This document shows, piece after piece, positions 60,912-64,000 of a stretch of DNA of 64,000 bases. Numbering within the stretch: position 1 is the first letter of the stretch; each line of letters starts with the position of its first letter. The translations under genes were made by a program, and so were the position numbers. Below the pieces are notes generated by a model that saw only the letters and a list, made by a program, of their open reading frames with translations, had not been told where the DNA came from and searched no databases. The DNA lies in NCBI GenBank assembly GCA_963699755.1, contig CAVOVB010000007.1, positions 64,001-128,000 on the forward strand, in the 5' to 3' direction. This stretch comes from an uncultured delta proteobacterium. GTDB lineage: Bacteria; Myxococcota_A; Polyangia; Polyangiales; Houyiibacteriaceae.

Positions 60912-62332
60912 CCCGTCAAGGCAGGCCAGGGCGCGGCCGCTTCAATCTCGAGAGCAAGCTCGAGAAGCGTTCGTTCGTCGCCGAGCGGCGCAGCGAACTG
61001 AACCCCGAGGGGCAATCCGTCCCGGCTCCGCCCCAAGGGTAGCGAGATGGCAGGACCACCCGAAACGTTCTGGGTCGGCGTGAATGGGATGAACCACTTC
61101 AATCGCTCCAACGCGATCTCGAATGGAACCTCTGGTCCGATGTAGCCGTGCTCGGGCGTGGGCGCCGCTACGGTGGGATTCATCAGGATATCGTAGTCGT
61201 TGAAGCGGCGGGCGTATTGTCGTGCGAACTTCCTCAGCCGCCAAAGGGCGGCCGGGGCATTCTGGGCGTTTTCCTTGAAGTACCGTGCAAGGCCTTCGGT
61301 GAAGTCCTCGACTTTCGACCGGTCGAAATCAGGATGAACGAGCAGCTTGCCAAACCGAGTGACTGTGAAGCTGAGCATCGCCCAGAGCAAGAAGAAGTCC
61401 TCTAGAAATCCATCGTCAAACGGACGTGCGACCGGCTCGACCGAGTGTCCAAGGTTTTCGAGCAACTTCGCCGCGTTCGTCACGGCCTCGACGCAGTCCG
61501 GATGGGAAGGCGTTGCTTCATCGAGGTTCGCGAAAAAACCAACTCGCAGCCGCCGGCCCGGATGGGTCACCTCGCCGATCTCGGGCAGACTGGAATTCCG
61601 ATAATACTCCTCGGCGGACTGATAGAAGACCGCCGTGTCGCGAACCGAGCGACTAAGCATCCCCTGGTGGACGATCTTGACCGGAAAAAACGCCGCGCCT
61701 TCGATGTCTTTGAGTCGGCCGCGCGATGGCTTCAAGCCCACCAAGCCGCAACACGATGCAGGGATCCGCGTAGAGCCTCCCCCGTCATTCCCATGCGCGA
61801 TCGGGACGACTCCTGCTGCCACGAGCGCCGCAGAGCCGCCAGACGAGCCGCCAGGAGAGAAGCCCAGCTTCCAAGGGTTGTGCGTCCGCCCATAGACTAG
61901 CGCCTCGGTCGTCCCCGTGAGCCCGAACTCTGGCATGGTCGTCTTGCCTAGGTTGATCAGTCCGAGCGACAAGAACTGCTCGACGAATGGTGAGCTTCGT
62001 TCCGATGGCTGTTTCGGAAGCCCACGCGAGCCGTGCAAGACCGGAGAGCCTGCAACAGCTTCGTTGTCCTTGATGAACGAAGGCACACCGGCGAAGGCCC
62101 CGGACCCGGGCCGGCCTGCTTCCTCGAGCGCAGACTCAAAAAGCGGGGTGGCAATCGCATTGAGAGCAGGGTTCACTCGCTGCGCGCGCGCAATCGCGGC
62201 CTCGACGGCTTCGCGCGCCTGAATCTGCCCGCTCCGAATTCGCCGTGCGATTTCGACCGCATCCGCAGTACCGAGAACATCATCGGAGACCGCACTCACC
62301 GGCTTTCCTGTTGTCACTGCCTCAGCTCGCAC
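60908..62332 (-). CDS. Amidase signature family protein
   Basis: GVPSFIKD, GGSSGGS, NDGGGSTRIPA. Confidence 0.93.
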   Translation of the reverse strand: MRAEAVTTGKPVSAVSDDVLGTADAVEIARRIRSGQIQAREAVEAAIARAQRVNPALNAIATPLFESALEEAGRPGSGAFAGVPSFIKDNEAVAGSPVLHGSRGLPKQPSERSSPFVEQFLSLGLINLGKTTMPEFGLTGTTEALVYGRTHNPWKLGFSPGGSSGGSAALVAAGVVPIAHGNDGGGSTRIPASCCGLVGLKPSRGRLKDIEGAAFFPVKIVHQGMLSRSVRDTAVFYQSAEEYYRNSSLPEIGEVTHPGRRLRVGFFANLDEATPSHPDCVEAVTNAAKLLENLGHSVEPVARPFDDGFLEDFFLLWAMLSFTVTRFGKLLVHPDFDRSKVEDFTEGLARYFKENAQNAPAALWRLRKFARQYARRFNDYDILMNPTVAAPTPEHGYIGPEVPFEIALERLKWFIPFTPTQNVSGGPAISLPLGRSRDGLPLGVQFAAPLGDERTLLELALEIEAAAPWPALTG

Positions 62333-62361
62333 ATGGAGCCATTATCACATAGCCTCGCGCC

Positions 62362-63318
62362 ATGGCATCCGGTTCCACCAAAGCAATTTTGGCCGCCCTT
62401 TTCGCGAATTTCGGCATAGCAATCGCGAAGTTTGCTGGCTATCTGTTTACTTCGTCATCGTCGATGTTGGCCGAGGCCATTCACTCTCTCGCCGATACCT
62501 CCAACCAGGCGCTTCTCCTGCTCGGAAGCAAGCGCGCTTCCAGAGATGCGACGCCCGATCATCCATTTGGCTTTGGACGAGAACGTTACTTCTGGTCGTT
62601 CATCGTCGCGCTCGTGCTCTTCACGCTGGGCGGGCTTTTTGCGATCTATGAGGGCGTGCACAAGCTCCGTGAAGCAAGCCACGAGGTCTCCAATCTGCAA
62701 TGGGCGATCGGAATTCTCGTAATCGGGATCTTCTTGGAGGGCTACTCGTTCTTCATCGCCGCCAAGGAGTCGCTAACGCTGAAGGGTCGTGCCTCTTGGT
62801 GGGAGTTCATTCGTCACTCGCGTACGCCGGAGCTCCCTGTCGTGCTCCTCGAGGATTTCGGCGCGCTCATGGGATTGGCGATCGCGCTGCTCGGCGTGTC
62901 GATTGCAGCCATCACCGGTGATGTGCGCTGGGACGCGTACGGCACCATCGCGATCGGCGTGCTTCTCGTCGTGATCGCTGCCGTGCTCGTGTTCGAGATG
63001 AAGAGCCTGTTGATTGGTGAGTCGGCGCTCGCGCCCATGCGAATTGCGATAGCGCGGGCAATCGAAGAAACGCCGGATGTGAACCGAGTCCTCCACATGC
63101 GGACCCAACACATTGGCCCTGACGAGCTCCTGGTAGCCGCCAAAGTGCAGCTCAAGCAGGGCCTCGACACGGCCGGGGTTGCGGCCGCGGTCAACCGAGC
63201 CGAACGCCGCATCCGAGAATCTGTTCCGATCCACTGTATGATTTATCTCGAGCCGGACCTGTTCGATCCCAACCACCCTGACCTACTGAAGACTGAGCCC
63301 AAACCAAGCGAGAGCTGA
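62362..63318 (+). CDS. Cation diffusion facilitator family transporter
   Basis: EAIHSLAD, HPFGFGRERYFW, EDFGA, WDA, YLEPD. Confidence 0.93.
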   Translation: MASGSTKAILAALFANFGIAIAKFAGYLFTSSSSMLAEAIHSLADTSNQALLLLGSKRASRDATPDHPFGFGRERYFWSFIVALVLFTLGGLFAIYEGVHKLREASHEVSNLQWAIGILVIGIFLEGYSFFIAAKESLTLKGRASWWEFIRHSRTPELPVVLLEDFGALMGLAIALLGVSIAAITGDVRWDAYGTIAIGVLLVVIAAVLVFEMKSLLIGESALAPMRIAIARAIEETPDVNRVLHMRTQHIGPDELLVAAKVQLKQGLDTAGVAAAVNRAERRIRESVPIHCMIYLEPDLFDPNHPDLLKTEPKPSES

Positions 63319-63326
63319 GATCGGCG

Positions 63327-64000
63327 CTACCAGTCGATGATCGCAGCACCCCAGGTGAAGCCGGAACCAAATGCGACGGCTGCGATCTTCATTCCGCGCT
63401 CTAGCCGGCCCTGCCCCTGCGCCTCGGCGAGCATGATCGGGATGGTCGCGGCGGTCGTGTTGCCATAGCGCTCGATGTTGTGAACGAGCTTGTCGTCGGG
63501 GATGCCAAGTCGCGTAGCGACGTACTGATTAATCCTCAGGTTGGCCTGGTGAAAGAAAAACAGGTCGACGTCGTCGAGCGTCAGGCTCTGCTTCTGAAAC
63601 TCTTTCAGGAGCGCAGCGATCATTCGCTCGACGGCGTTTTTGAACACCAGGCGCCCGGCCATGCGCGCAAACATGTAGTCGGGCTCGACCTGCCCGACGC
63701 CTTCTTCGTTCTGCGGGATGAACGGACGCTTGCTGATGTCCCAAATCTTCTGGGAGAGCGCATCTGCGTGACGCCCATCGGCCCCGAGGTGCCAGCTGCG
63801 AATGCCGCGGTCCTCGTCCGTTGCGCTGACGACCACCGCGCCCGCGCCATCACCGAAGAGCGAAGCGACGTCGCGCCCAGCAGTTCTCAGATCGAGCGCG
63901 GCCGAATGGACCTCCGCTCCGACGAGGACGATGTTGTCCACCGAGCCTGTTTGCACCATTGATGAAGCGGTGGCGAGCCCATACAGAAACCCGGAGCATT
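63327..64000 (-). CDS. fabH: 3-oxoacyl-ACP synthase III family, 5' end outside window
   Basis: CSGFLYGL at the window edge, LFGDGAGA, HQANLRI, YGNT, AFGSGFTWG. Confidence 0.9.
   Translation of the reverse strand, partial: CSGFLYGLATASSMVQTGSVDNIVLVGAEVHSAALDLRTAGRDVASLFGDGAGAVVVSATDEDRGIRSWHLGADGRHADALSQKIWDISKRPFIPQNEEGVGQVEPDYMFARMAGRLVFKNAVERMIAALLKEFQKQSLTLDDVDLFFFHQANLRINQYVATRLGIPDDKLVHNIERYGNTTAATIPIMLAEAQGQGRLERGMKIAAVAFGSGFTWGAAIIDW

Overview
GC-rich bacterial chromosomal segment. Gene content (Gly-linker lipoproteins, RCC1-repeat lipoprotein, Ser/Thr kinase plus PP2C, WS/DGAT) suggests Myxococcota; this is an inference. In order it carries: lipoproteins and two decayed genes; a perR/fur-katG pair; a RAYT-like transposase remnant; a BCP-type photolyase lacking the Fe-S cysteines, with three downstream genes; two outer-membrane proteins; ndh; a divergent carotenoid cluster (lycopene cyclase-crtI-crtB versus a CrtU-like gene) with four 11-bp-phased TnGAC repeats between the arms; a TMTC-like glycosyltransferase; a DEAD-box helicase; lipid genes; a four-gene inorganic-carbon uptake operon (SulP, DabA, DabB, second Mrp/Nuo-type subunit); a LiuR-type regulator with its palindromic box before BKACE-scoA-scoB; and a partial fabH. 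The most notable candidate for an undescribed system is a 126-aa leader ORF before the carbon-uptake operon. It has a signal-peptide-like N-terminus and a C-terminal RGPP arrest-type motif, and its last codons are complementary to the SulP ribosome-binding region across two hairpins, the layout of ribosome-stalling translational switches. Six apparent pseudogenes. No rRNA, tRNA or CRISPR array seen. All calls come from motif recognition by eye; no database search was run.
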